The notes: a model not told the origin generated them from the letters alone. Counted from the first letter of the whole stretch, positions 47,769 through 58,000 are shown. The stretch: DNA of 63,975 nt, filler included, from Acidimicrobiia bacterium (GCA_046759765.1; 3 parts of 3 records of this genome joined end to end with filler, not necessarily neighbours in it); one strand, 5' to 3'. Made by a program: numbers and translations.

Positions 47769-48874
47769 CGGCATCCGAAGTTGAGAAGCGTCTGGTACGG
47801 GTTGACGGGTGGCCGTCCCCGGCCACCGGGGTGAACCTGGAAGTGAACGTGAGGAGAGCCACCGCGCGCGTTGCCCGAGTTGCCGTTGTAACCGATCACC
47901 TGGCCTCTGTTCACGATGTCTCCGGAGCCGAGACCCGGCGCCCATCCGCTCAGATGGGTGTAGTAGTAGGCCACCCCGTGATCGGCTGAAAGCCACACAG
48001 AGACGCCGCCCAGACCACCACTGGTGAGAAAGACCACGCCGTCCGCGGCGGCATAGACTTTCTGGCCGTAGGGAGCGAACAAGTCGGTTCCTTTGTGGGT
48101 GCGCCCCCCGGAGCGCGGGGCTCCCCAGGTGTTGGAGAAGTGGGTCGGGCCGGGATCCATGGGGCAGAAGAAGTTCGGAGTCAGTGCCTTGCCCACTCCT
48201 CCTCCCCCACCGGTGAGTCTCGCCAGTCGGGCCGCCTCGGCTGCCGCCAGCTCGGCCTGACGCTTGTTGTACAGCTCCTTGCAGCGTGTGCTGAGCTTTT
48301 GCCACGATGCGTGGGCCTGTCCGACCGCCACTTCCAGTACGTCCTTGACCTGTTCTTGCTCGCCTTGCAGCACGCGGAGCTTGCCCTCCTCGACCTTGAG
48401 ATCCTCACGTAGCAGGCCGAGGTCGTTGCGAAGCGCCTGCAACAGGTCGAGCGAGGCGACGTCTCGCTCCGTGGCGGTCTCGATGAATTGGCGACCGGCA
48501 ATGAACTCACCCACCGAAGTCGAGGCAAACAGCATGTCGGTCAAGGAGGTGCTTGCCGTGATATACATCTCGATGGCCCGCTCTTGGACCCTGCCTCTGA
48601 TATCGATTACCTCGCTCGACTTTTCCTCAACACGCGTACGCACGTAGTTCGCCTCGAGCACGGTTGCCTGGAGCTCCGACGTCGTCTGCTCGTATCGTTC
48701 GGTCGCCGCCTCGAAGCGCCCGTTCTGTTCCTTGTACTGGTGGTAGGCGGTCTCGCTATCGGCACAGGCGGCATCGACCTGGGCTTCGCTGACCGAAAAC
48801 GCAGGCCCGGCTGGGAGCACGACAACAGTTGCCAGCAAAACGGCGATTACGAGCAGGAACGCTCGGAGGCGCAT
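47765..48874 (-). CDS. M23 peptidase with N-terminal coiled coil
   Basis: Signal peptide, long coiled coil, HKGTD, YYYTHL and PHVHF zinc motifs. Confidence 0.92.
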   Translation of the reverse strand: MRLRAFLLVIAVLLATVVVLPAGPAFSVSEAQVDAACADSETAYHQYKEQNGRFEAATERYEQTTSELQATVLEANYVRTRVEEKSSEVIDIRGRVQERAIEMYITASTSLTDMLFASTSVGEFIAGRQFIETATERDVASLDLLQALRNDLGLLREDLKVEEGKLRVLQGEQEQVKDVLEVAVGQAHASWQKLSTRCKELYNKRQAELAAAEAARLARLTGGGGGVGKALTPNFFCPMDPGPTHFSNTWGAPRSGGRTHKGTDLFAPYGQKVYAAADGVVFLTSGGLGGVSVWLSADHGVAYYYTHLSGWAPGLGSGDIVNRGQVIGYNGNSGNARGGSPHVHFQVHPGGRGRPPVNPYQTLLNFGCR

Positions 48875-48910
48875 CACAAAAGAGTAACGATTGGTCCTGT
48901 TATGCCCAAT

Positions 48911-49906
48911 CTAAATGAGCAGCCGCACGAGTGGGTACAGCACCGCCGCCGCCATCGCCGGGCCGTCCAGGGCCACCAGTCTCCCCGGAAGTCGATCCAC
49001 GAGATAGATGTTCCCGGTTCGAACCAGCGATCCCAGCCCACGACCTGATACCAGCGCGATGACAAGGCCGATGGCGACGACCAAAACCCCTGCCAGCGCG
49101 ATGTCCCAGAGCCATCCTGCGATCAGGGCGGCGGCTACGCCGGCCAGCGATCCACCAGTTATGGGGTCGATCAAGGGCCGACCCGTTGATCGGGCCAGGG
49201 CCCAGGAAACCAATCCTGCCGCTCCCATCGTGGCGAGATACATCCCGATCAGCGCGTTGCCCTCGGCACCGGGAGCGTGCGTGACGATCAGGCCGGAGGT
49301 CGCCAGGGCAGCCACCACCGCCACACCCATGTTCGAGGAGATCGCCACCAGGTCCCGTTCCCTGAGCACCAATACAGCCCAGGCGACCACGAGGACCACT
49401 GAAGCCATTACTGCGAGTCCCAGGCCATTAGCGCCGTAGGCGGCTGCGGCGACGCCGGCCACGAAGACGGCGCCCAGCAAGGGGAACTCGTTCAGGCCCA
49501 GCTGGCGAGCTCCGGCGGCCGCGGCCAGGTCGACGATCCACACCGCCGCCACTCCAACCACCGCAGCTGCAAACCAGGCTCTTTCGGGCACGATGGCCGT
49601 AACTGCGAGGACGAGGAACACGAGACCTACGTATATCCCCTGCTGGTCCAGCCCTGCCGGCACTGCCAGCGAACCGCCTGACACCGGAGGAAGAAGGGCG
49701 AGCTCGTCCCCTTCGGACACTCTGTCATCGAGGGATGCCGGATCTCCGTTGAGCCAGATCCGAGCGTGCTCGAGATGGCGCTCGAACTGATCTCCGTACT
49801 TGGCAATGGCCCTGGAGATGACCTCGCCCACGGTCGATCCGGGCATTTGGGCTTCTGCCGTACCCGCCGTCTCTCTGAGGCTCGCGAACAGTCGCAGCCG
49901 GACCAT
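48911..49906 (-). CDS. MoaD/ThiS (ubiquitin-like) domain fused to a multi-TM domain
   Basis: LRLFASLRETAG...GDELALLPPVSGG continues in frame into roughly eight hydrophobic helices. Confidence 0.8.
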   Translation of the reverse strand: MVRLRLFASLRETAGTAEAQMPGSTVGEVISRAIAKYGDQFERHLEHARIWLNGDPASLDDRVSEGDELALLPPVSGGSLAVPAGLDQQGIYVGLVFLVLAVTAIVPERAWFAAAVVGVAAVWIVDLAAAAGARQLGLNEFPLLGAVFVAGVAAAAYGANGLGLAVMASVVLVVAWAVLVLRERDLVAISSNMGVAVVAALATSGLIVTHAPGAEGNALIGMYLATMGAAGLVSWALARSTGRPLIDPITGGSLAGVAAALIAGWLWDIALAGVLVVAIGLVIALVSGRGLGSLVRTGNIYLVDRLPGRLVALDGPAMAAAVLYPLVRLLI

Positions 49907-49952
49907 CACGATTGCGCTCGACGTATCACGGCCCGAACGCTACTTCACCCGG

Positions 49953-50834
49953 TCAGCTTTCGAACTCGAGAGCCTTGATCGATCCCAAGCCGGTGGCAAT
50001 TCGTTTCCAGGTCAACCCGGCGTCCGAACTTCGGTATATCTCGCCGCTCGTTGTCCCCAAGGCCGCTTCCGGACCAGCCCCTATCAACCGGAAGGTATCG
50101 ACGTTGTCCGAGAACCACTCCGGGAGCCCAGATCGGCATCGTTCCCATTCACCGTCCAAAGTGCCGCGGTAGACGGCCGCCTTGCCACCCCGCGGACCAC
50201 TGGAAACGCTCACCAGCACCGTGTCCCCGCACACTGCGACGGCCCGCTCGTAGGTCGCATGCAGGCCTCTCGTTGCGTAGTCCCATGAAGCCCCCGCATC
50301 TCGCGAGAAGGCAAGCCCCCGCGCGCTGGCGGCCAGAACCAGGCCATCTGATGTGATCACATGGTGAACATCGGCGTGATAATCGATCGTTGGCGACCAA
50401 CCCTTCTCATCCGAGGCCAGGATCCCCCCTACGTGCACATTGACGTAGAGACGGTCGCCGGCAAAGGCCAGCGATCTGACATCCGGCGGCCCGCCCCACG
50501 GGGTGTACCAGTCGCGGCGGCTGGGTGCGTCCTCGAACGAGGAAACCAGCTCTAGGTGGCGGTCGGTGAGCTCCACTAGATGGGCCTCGGAGGTACCCAC
50601 CACCACCCGGGCGGGAGCCGCGGCCACACAGTTGGCTCTCCAAGGGGCATCGATCTGCGCTTCCGTGACCCATCCGTCTTCAGTTCGGGCGAGGAGCTCT
50701 CCCTTGGGTGTGACCGCCCACCAGCCAGCGGCGCCGTCCGTCAAGTGCGTCACTGGGCGCTCGTAGACCCAGTCGACCTCGTCGCCGGCGATGTGGGCTA
50801 TCCCTTCCGAAGTGGCAACAACGATTCGATTCAT
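49953..50834 (-). CDS. Beta-propeller protein (BNR/Asp-box repeats)
   Basis: SRDAGASW and SSDAGLTW Asp-boxes; WYTPWGGPPDVRSL. Confidence 0.82.
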   Translation of the reverse strand: MNRIVVATSEGIAHIAGDEVDWVYERPVTHLTDGAAGWWAVTPKGELLARTEDGWVTEAQIDAPWRANCVAAAPARVVVGTSEAHLVELTDRHLELVSSFEDAPSRRDWYTPWGGPPDVRSLAFAGDRLYVNVHVGGILASDEKGWSPTIDYHADVHHVITSDGLVLAASARGLAFSRDAGASWDYATRGLHATYERAVAVCGDTVLVSVSSGPRGGKAAVYRGTLDGEWERCRSGLPEWFSDNVDTFRLIGAGPEAALGTTSGEIYRSSDAGLTWKRIATGLGSIKALEFES

Positions 50835-50903
50835 GAGGCCAGCCTAAGCATCTGACGTTACGCTCAGGGACCCCGACCCGGGGAAGCGCGATTCAGGAGG
50901 GTC

Positions 50904-51344
50904 ATGGCTCAGGCTCCAGAACAAATAAAGCCGGAAGGGCTGGCGGACTACCTCGAGGTAATGACGAAGGCCGTCTTTCAGTCCGGGATGAGCTGGCGGG
51001 TGGTCGAAGCGAAATGGGATGGTTTCACGGAGGCGTTCGAGCGCTTCGACCCTGAGCAAGTAGCGGGGTTTGACGTAGCTGACATCGACCGCCTGGCCTC
51101 AGACACGCGAATCATTCGCAACCGGCGCAAGATCGAGGCCACGGTCCACAACGCCGACACACTGCTGCGACTCGACGCCGAGGGTGACGGCTTCGACAGC
51201 TGGCTGAGTAGTCAGGGTACCTATGGCGAGACCCGCGACGCACTGAAGCGAGAGTTCAAGTTCCTGGGCGACTTCGGCTCGTATTACTTCCTCTATGTAG
51301 TGGGCCAGGAGGTACCGCCGCACGACGAGGTCCACAGCCACTGA
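50904..51344 (+). CDS. DNA-3-methyladenine glycosylase I-like (short form)
   Basis: FQSGMSWRVV, AFERFDP, IIRNRRKIEATVHNA and LKREFKFLG motifs. Confidence 0.85.
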   Translation: MAQAPEQIKPEGLADYLEVMTKAVFQSGMSWRVVEAKWDGFTEAFERFDPEQVAGFDVADIDRLASDTRIIRNRRKIEATVHNADTLLRLDAEGDGFDSWLSSQGTYGETRDALKREFKFLGDFGSYYFLYVVGQEVPPHDEVHSH

Positions 51345-51360
51345 TAGCACAAGGAGCCAC

Positions 51361-52500
51361 ATGGCCCTGACCCCTCCCGAGTTCACGATCGGCATTGAAG
51401 AGGAGTATCTGCTTGTCGATCCCGAGTCCCGTGATCTCGAGCGGGACCCACCGGAAGAGCTGATCGCTCGAATCTCGGAAGTGATCGGAGCAGGTCAGGT
51501 CACTCCTGAGTTCTTGCGCTCGCAGGTCGAGGTGGGAACCAAGGTATGTGACACGCTGAGCGAGGCGGCTACGGAGTTGGCTGCCCTGAGGTCCGCCGTA
51601 GCGGACATCGCCCACGATCACGGGCTGGCTCCTATCGCCGTCTCCACCCACCCCTTCTCGTCGTGGCGGGAGCAGCTGACCACCGATAAGGAGAGATACC
51701 TCGCCCTCGCTCGCGACATGCGGAGCGTCATGCAGCGGCTCGTCATATGCGGAATGCACGTGCATGTGGGCGTGAGTGACGACGACTTGCGCATCGACTT
51801 GATGAACCAGTTGGCCTACTTCCTGCCGCACATCCTGGCGCTCTCCTGCTCCTCGCCGTTCTGGCACGGGATCGATACCGGGCTCAAGAGCTACCGACGC
51901 AGCGTCTTCCGGGCTCCGCCACGCACCGGGCTCCCGGAGTTCTTCTCTGATTGGTCCGAGTACCAGCGGCACGTCAACGTGCTGGTCGAGACGGGCTGCA
52001 TCGAGGATGCGAGCAAGCTCTGGTGGGACATCCGTCCCAGCGTGAGATATCCCACCCTGGAGATGCGAGTAGCCGACATCTGCACCAACCTCGACGACGG
52101 CCTGGCTGTGGCCGCAGTGTTCGTGTGCCTGCTGAGCATGCTGTACCGCCGGAGGCTCGAGAACCAGCGCTGGCGGTCCTATGCCCGAATGCTGATCGAC
52201 GAGAACATGTGGCTCGCGCAACGCGACGGAACGAGCGGTGAGCTGATCGACTTCGGCAAGAGCGAGCGGGTTGTTTTCCCCAGTCTTCTGGAGGAGATCA
52301 TCGAGATCACCGCCGAGGACGCGGACCGCTTGGGGTGCAAAGAGCAAGTCGAGCACACGCGCGTGATCCTGCAGAGGGGTACCAGCGCCGACCGACAGCT
52401 GGCGGTGTTCGAAAAGGCCGTCGCCGACGGAGCGGACGAGCCCGAGGCCCTGAACGCGGTAGTCGACTGGGCGATTTCCGAGACCCTGGCCGGGTTTTAA
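51361..52500 (+). CDS. Carboxylate-amine ligase / glutamate--cysteine ligase 2 (YbdK family)
   Basis: FTIGIEEEYLLVD, ICGMHVHVG, SSPFW and WWDIRP..YPTLEMRVAD motifs. Confidence 0.93.
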   Translation: MALTPPEFTIGIEEEYLLVDPESRDLERDPPEELIARISEVIGAGQVTPEFLRSQVEVGTKVCDTLSEAATELAALRSAVADIAHDHGLAPIAVSTHPFSSWREQLTTDKERYLALARDMRSVMQRLVICGMHVHVGVSDDDLRIDLMNQLAYFLPHILALSCSSPFWHGIDTGLKSYRRSVFRAPPRTGLPEFFSDWSEYQRHVNVLVETGCIEDASKLWWDIRPSVRYPTLEMRVADICTNLDDGLAVAAVFVCLLSMLYRRRLENQRWRSYARMLIDENMWLAQRDGTSGELIDFGKSERVVFPSLLEEIIEITAEDADRLGCKEQVEHTRVILQRGTSADRQLAVFEKAVADGADEPEALNAVVDWAISETLAGF

Positions 52501-52567
52501 CGACCAAACGCCGACTGTGGAACGCATCGGCGATTCCGCAATCGGACTATTTCTTTTCGAAAACTCC

Positions 52568-52630
52568 TTGACATGTGCTCGTGGGTTCGATATATTTCGA
52601 ATGTATAAGCACGATTCGACCTAGTTCGAA
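52568..52630 (+). promoter_or_regulatory. SigmaA promoter with twin palindromic operators
   Basis: TTGACA-N17-TATATT; TTCGA-N6-TCGAA at 52586-52601 and 52615-52630. Confidence 0.8.
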
Positions 52631-52643
52631 AGGAATACAATCG

Positions 52644-53744
52644 ATGTCAGAGCTTCTCGATCTCACTGAACCACGGCCCTCGTTGACCGTCGGCGTCGAT
52701 GTGTCCCCCGCTTATGACCTGCTTCTCACGCTGTGGTTGCTGGAAGGAGCGGAGGACATCGATACCTTCGACCTGGGACGGGAATGGTTCGAGGAGGTGA
52801 GACAGGCGATGTCCACGGAGCTCCGAGAGGAGCTGGCGGAAGTGTCCAGTTCGGGCGGCGCAACCTGGATCGTTCTGCTGGGACTAGTGAACAACTCGCC
52901 AGATCCGCATGACCTGGATGCCTTCTTCTCCTGGCTCGAGGAAGCGGACGGCGTGGAGCTTCGTAAGGCGTTTCTCTCCTTGAAGTGCCACGACCTCGCC
53001 GAGGAGCAGCTCGTCGCCGGCGCCCGCGGAGATCAAAACGCCATTGAGGAGGCCCTGTCGGGGGCGGGTGAGCACCCGGAGTGGAAGGCCAACCTCACCC
53101 AGCTGCTCGAGGTCCCTTCCGAAGAGCTCGGTCCCCGCCTAGCTGGACTGCTTAGTCGCTTCCGGGACGAGGCCTACTCACAGCCGGAGAAGCAGTTCAG
53201 CGAGCCGATCGCCCGAGACTCGGCCGCCAAGTCGGCTCTCATACCGACCACATCGGCCACCCGGATGATCGAGCTCTCCACCAATGGGGTGGAGTACGAA
53301 GTGCCGTCGCATGTGCAAACACTGCTCCTGGCGCCGTCTGTGGTCATCAGACCGTGGTCGCTGCTCGCTGAGCACAACAGCACCTATGTCCTGTGCTACC
53401 CCGTGGCCGACGAGTTCTTGACCACAGACCCCGACTCTCCGCCGCAGTCGTTGATCAATGCCTACAAGGCGCTTTCCGACGACAGGCGGCTGCGAATCCT
53501 GCATCGCCTCTCGACCGAAGACGCGACCCTGCAGGAGCTGGCCGATCACCTGGACGTCGCCAAGTCGACGGTCCACCATCACATCGGCTTGCTGCGGGCA
53601 GCCGGCCTCGTCCGCGTAAAGGTGCAAGGTCATAAGGAGCAAAGCCTTTATGGGCTCCGCCGCGAGGCCTTCGAGGAGGCGATGCGGCTCATGAACCTCT
53701 ATCTAGCCAATGCCAAGCCAATCGACGAAGTAGGGAAGACATGA
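52644..53744 (+). CDS. ArsR-family regulator with long N-terminal domain and C-terminal wHTH
   Basis: KALSDDRRLRIL...LQELADHLDVAKSTVHHHIGLLRAAGLV. Confidence 0.88.
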   Translation: MSELLDLTEPRPSLTVGVDVSPAYDLLLTLWLLEGAEDIDTFDLGREWFEEVRQAMSTELREELAEVSSSGGATWIVLLGLVNNSPDPHDLDAFFSWLEEADGVELRKAFLSLKCHDLAEEQLVAGARGDQNAIEEALSGAGEHPEWKANLTQLLEVPSEELGPRLAGLLSRFRDEAYSQPEKQFSEPIARDSAAKSALIPTTSATRMIELSTNGVEYEVPSHVQTLLLAPSVVIRPWSLLAEHNSTYVLCYPVADEFLTTDPDSPPQSLINAYKALSDDRRLRILHRLSTEDATLQELADHLDVAKSTVHHHIGLLRAAGLVRVKVQGHKEQSLYGLRREAFEEAMRLMNLYLANAKPIDEVGKT

Positions 53745-53938
53745 ACTATTACGAGGGATTCGCTCGTATACGCGAAAGAGACATAGAGACAGCGGTTTCT
53801 GCGGCCGAGCTGGCTGACGACTATCTCCGGCCCAACCGATTTGTCCTCCGCACTCGCGTGGGAACCGGTCTCGTCGGGCTGGGGCTCTTCGTACTGGGAC
53901 ACGGTCGCATTAGCGAGCAGCTCGGCCGAGCTGCGTAG
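53741..53938 (+). CDS. Small hypothetical protein
   Basis: ATGA coupling to the ArsR gene; RTRVGTGLVGLG hydrophobic segment. Confidence 0.65.
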   Translation: MNYYEGFARIRERDIETAVSAAELADDYLRPNRFVLRTRVGTGLVGLGLFVLGHGRISEQLGRAA

Positions 53939-53941
53939 CTA

Positions 53942-54754
53942 TTGACGGTCCGGATCGCGGTCCAGCTCCATCCCCAGCACGCCTCGTGGGAGGCGTTGCG
54001 TGAAACGGCCGTCACCGCCGAAGAGATGGGCCCCGATCTCCTCTACACCTGGGACCACTTCTACCCGCTGTACGGAGATCCGGACGGTGAGCACTTCGAG
54101 TGCTGGACTCTTCTCGCTGCCTGGGCCGAGGTGACGAGCACAATCGAGATTGGTCCGCTGGTGAGCTGCAACTCGTATCGCAACCCGCAGCTGCTGGCCG
54201 ACATGGCCCGAACCGTCGACCACATCTCTGGTGGGCGGCTCGTTTTCGGGATCGGATCTGGTTGGTTCCAGCGCGACTACGACGAGTACGGCTTCACCTT
54301 CGGAACGGCTCGCTCTCGGCTCGAGACACTGGAGGAGGCTCTTCCGGCAATCAAGGCCCGTTGGAGTCGCCTTAACCCGCCCCCGGTCCGTCGTCCACCG
54401 ATCCTGATCGGCGGAGGCGGCGAGCAGATCACGCTCCGACTAGCTGCCCAGCACGCCGACGTGTGGCACTACTTTCCTGACGACCCGGAGGAGATGGCTC
54501 ACAAGTCGAAGGTGCTCGATGAATGGTGCGAGACGGTGGGCCGAGATCCTGTCGAGGTGGAGCGATCGGCCGGCGTTCACGCCGAGAATGTCGCGGTTGA
54601 TCTGGCGTTGGCCGACCGTTACCACGAGCTCGGTGTCCGGCAGTTCACGCTCGGGTTCACCGGCCCCGACTACGACCTTTCTCCCGTGGGCGACTGGCTC
54701 GAGTGGCGCGATCAGGTGAACAGAAGCCCTTCGCGAAATATCTCTAGGAGCTGA
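53942..54754 (+). CDS. LLM-class F420-dependent oxidoreductase
   Basis: WDHFYPLYGDPDGEHFECWT, YRNPQLLADMARTVDHISGGR and ILIGGGGE motifs. Confidence 0.9.
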   Translation: MTVRIAVQLHPQHASWEALRETAVTAEEMGPDLLYTWDHFYPLYGDPDGEHFECWTLLAAWAEVTSTIEIGPLVSCNSYRNPQLLADMARTVDHISGGRLVFGIGSGWFQRDYDEYGFTFGTARSRLETLEEALPAIKARWSRLNPPPVRRPPILIGGGGEQITLRLAAQHADVWHYFPDDPEEMAHKSKVLDEWCETVGRDPVEVERSAGVHAENVAVDLALADRYHELGVRQFTLGFTGPDYDLSPVGDWLEWRDQVNRSPSRNISRS

Positions 54755-54794
54755 GTTTTCGCGACTGGGGCGTCGCTGCGTAACGTGCCCCGCA

Positions 54795-54875
54795 ACTTCT
54801 CCGGCGGACTCCCAGCACTTCTCCGCTGACTGCCCGCCGCTGACTCCCCGCCGCTTCTCCACTCACTTCTCCGGT
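54795..54875. repeat. Degenerate CTTCTCC/GACTCCC repeat array upstream of nrdJ
   Basis: Four CTTCTCC and two GCTGACT copies within about 80 nt. Confidence 0.5.
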
Positions 54876-54936
54876 GAAACTGGCAAAAGAGAGTTCTTGA
54901 CTGAGTGACAGGGGTGTAATTACACTCGTGTATCCA

Positions 54937-54984
54937 CCCCAAGATCCTGTGGTCCCGAGATTCCCTGGCCACAACATCTAGTGG
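54937..54984 (+). promoter_or_regulatory. Tandem NrdR boxes
   Basis: CCCCAAGATCCTGTGG and CCACAACATCTAGTGG, 32 bp apart, downstream of TTGACT-N18-TACACT. Confidence 0.85.
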
Positions 54985-55019
54985 GTATCGGTGGTTTGTA
55001 GAGCGAGGGAGGGACTTCG

Positions 55020-58000
55020 ATGACCAACGGCCTCCGGATTGAGCGCCGCTTCACCACAAAGGGACGGGATCCGTACGACACGCTCGAGTTGGCGAGACGC
55101 GACAGCCGTATCACCAACCCGGATGGCTCCGTCGTATTCGAAATGAAGGACGCCGAGGTCCCCAAGCACTGGTCCCAGGTTGCCGTCGACATCATCGTCT
55201 CGAAGTACTTCCGCAAGGCCGGAGTCCCCCAAACCGATGGCGAGGGCCGCCCGCTCCTCGACTCCGCGGGAGAGCCGGTCCTCGGGACCGAGCGGTCCGC
55301 GAAGCAGGTCTTCGATCGCCTCGCCGGAACGTGGCGTCACTGGGGCGAGCGGGGCGGCTACTTCGCCACCACCGAAGACGCGGCGGCCTTCGAGGACGAG
55401 CTCCGGTACATGCTCGCTCACCAGATCGCCTCACCCAACAGCCCGCAGTGGTTCAACACCGGACTCAACTGGGCGTACGGCCTGACCGGCCCGGCCCAGG
55501 GCTTCTGGTACGTGGACCCCGAGACCGAGGAGGCGGTCCCCTCCCCCGACTCGTACTCCCGCCCGGCCCCGCACGCGTGCTACATCTTGGACGTCGACGA
55601 CGACCTCGTGAACCCCGGCGGGATCATGGATCTGTGGATGAGCGAGGCTCGCATCTTCAAGTTCGGTAGCGGGGTGGGCGAGAACTTCTCCAAGATCCGA
55701 GCAGAGGGTGAGCCGCTCTCCGGAGGCGGGAAGTCGTCAGGGCTGATGTCCTTCCTCAAGATCGGAGACCGCGCCGCGGGCGCGATTAAATCGGGGGGGA
55801 CAACGCGTAGGGCAGCGAAGATGGTCATCCTCGATGTCGACCATCCCGACATCGAGACCTTCATCGACTGGAAGAAGGTCGAGGAGGACAAAGCCCGGCT
55901 CTTGATCGAGCACGGCGGCTTCCCCGCCGACTTCAACGGAGAGGCTTACCAGACCGTTTCCGGTCAGAACTCCAACAACTCGGTCCGGGTCTCCAACGAG
56001 TTCATCGCTGCCGTCATCCAAAATGAAGACTGGGACCTGACGGAGCGGACCACCGGCAACGTCCGCAAGACCGTGAAGGCGCGGGACCTGTGGCGGCGGA
56101 TCGCCGACGCCGCCTGGGCGTGCGCCGATCCCGGCGTCCAGTTCGACACCACTATCAACGAGTGGCACACGTCTCCGGCGGGCGGGCGGATCCGAGCCAG
56201 TAACCCATGTGGCGAGTATGTCCATCTTGACAACACGGCGTGCAATCTCGCCTCGCTGAACCTCGGCGCCTTTTACGACGGCGACACAGACGACTTCAAC
56301 ATCGAGGGGTACAGACACGCAATTCGGCTCTGGACGATCGTGTTGGAGATCGCGGTCACCATGGCTCACTTTCCATCCAAAGCCGTAGCAGAGGGCTCCT
56401 ACAACTATCGGACTCTGGGGTTGGGGTACGCCAACCTTGGCTCCCTGCTCATGAGGTCGGGGATCCCTTACGATTCCGAGGAAGGCAGGGCAATCGCCGG
56501 GTGCTTGACCGCAATCATGACAGGTGAGTCCTACTCGACGTCAGCGGAGATGGCCGCCGCCATCGGACCGTTCCCCAAGTTCAAAGAGAACCGGGAGCCG
56601 ATGCTGCGGGTCATGCGCAATCACCGCCGGGCCGCCTACGACGCCCTCCTCTCAGACTACGAAGGGATCAGTCACCACGTTGTCGGGATTGACGAGGAGC
56701 TGGCGCCCGAAGGGCTGCTCAAGGCAGCGCGGGAGGGTTGGGACCGCGCAGTCGAACTGGGCGAACGCTATGGCTACCGGAACGCCCAAGCTACCGTCAT
56801 CGCCCCCACCGGCTGTCTGGTCGGCGGTTCGCTGGTGCCCACCGAGAGAGGATTGGTGAGGCTGCAATCCCTCGGAGACACCCAGGGCGAGCAGTGGCAG
56901 ACGCTCAGAATGGATGTGGCGACCGACGATGAGCCCCAGAGGGCGACGAAGTTCTACGTGAACGGCGTCGAGCCGGTCGTGAGCGTCGAAACAACACGAG
57001 GGTATCGCATCCAGGGAACGCCTACCCACCGGATCAAGGTGATCCAAGAAGACGGCAATTGGGCTTGGAAGAGACTGGCTGACATCGGTGAGAACGACCT
57101 CGTTCCCTTGGCCTTCGATCAGTTGATCGGACAGCGACGAGAAGTGCCTCTGCCGCCCCTGCCCGACGCTTACTGGACGTCGGACTACACCACATATACA
57201 CCTCGCACCATGAATGAAGACCTCGCCGAGTTCATTGGTTACTTCATGGGCGACGGATCGCTTCACGCGAAAGGCATCCGGCTCTGCGTATCCAACGACG
57301 ACCTCGACGTGGTGGAGCGCCTGCGGTTGCTGGGCAAGGGCTTATTCGGACTCGAGGCCCACATCTCCCAGCAAACGGGCTATAAGGAGGTCGCCTTCCA
57401 TTCTGTGCGCCTGGTTTTGTGGTGGGAAGCCTGCGGTTTCGCCAAGCACCCGCCGACACCTGACCACGCGGGTAAGGGTTACCACCCCCACGTGCCGGAT
57501 GCCGTTCTCTATAGCAACGACGCAGGCGTGTACCGAGCCTTCGTCCGGGGGCTCTGGGAAGCGGACGGGACGGTCCACCCGTCGGGACATGCAGCCTGGT
57601 CGACTACATCGATCGACTTCTCGCGCGACGTACAAAACCTGCTTCTTGCCTTGGGGTTTCCAACGCATAGAAAGTTCGACCAAACGGGGTGGGGCAAGTC
57701 ACAGCTTGCAGTGCTTCGACTGCTCAATCTCTCCTACAACCATCGTTGGCGTGAAGAGATCGGCTTCATCAGCGCGCGTAAGCAATCTGCTCTCGTGATC
57801 ACGGAATCTCGACAGGCATCGCGCGCGAACTACGTACCAGTGAGCCGCGAACTGATCGACCGGCTGGCCCCGAGCAATGACGCACTGCGCAAAACGATGC
57901 TTCTGTCGCACAGCCGAAACGGTGGTCTCGTATCTCGCCGATCAGCATCTGCTTTGCTCAAGAGAACCGGTGACCCGGAGCTTGCCCACTTGCTTTCCTT

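Noticed and set aside
51256..52527. Long antisense and alternate-frame ORFs (for example 51256..52527, 310..1056, 29185..30039, 34377..35237)
   Set aside because: They shadow well-supported genes, which is expected in high-GC DNA, and show no motifs.
54795..54875. Repeats as a CRISPR array
   Set aside because: The units are too short and degenerate, with no unique spacers and no cas genes.
54760..55019. Cobalamin riboswitch upstream of nrdJ
   Set aside because: No B12-box core could be assembled, and the leader after the predicted promoter is short and occupied by NrdR boxes.
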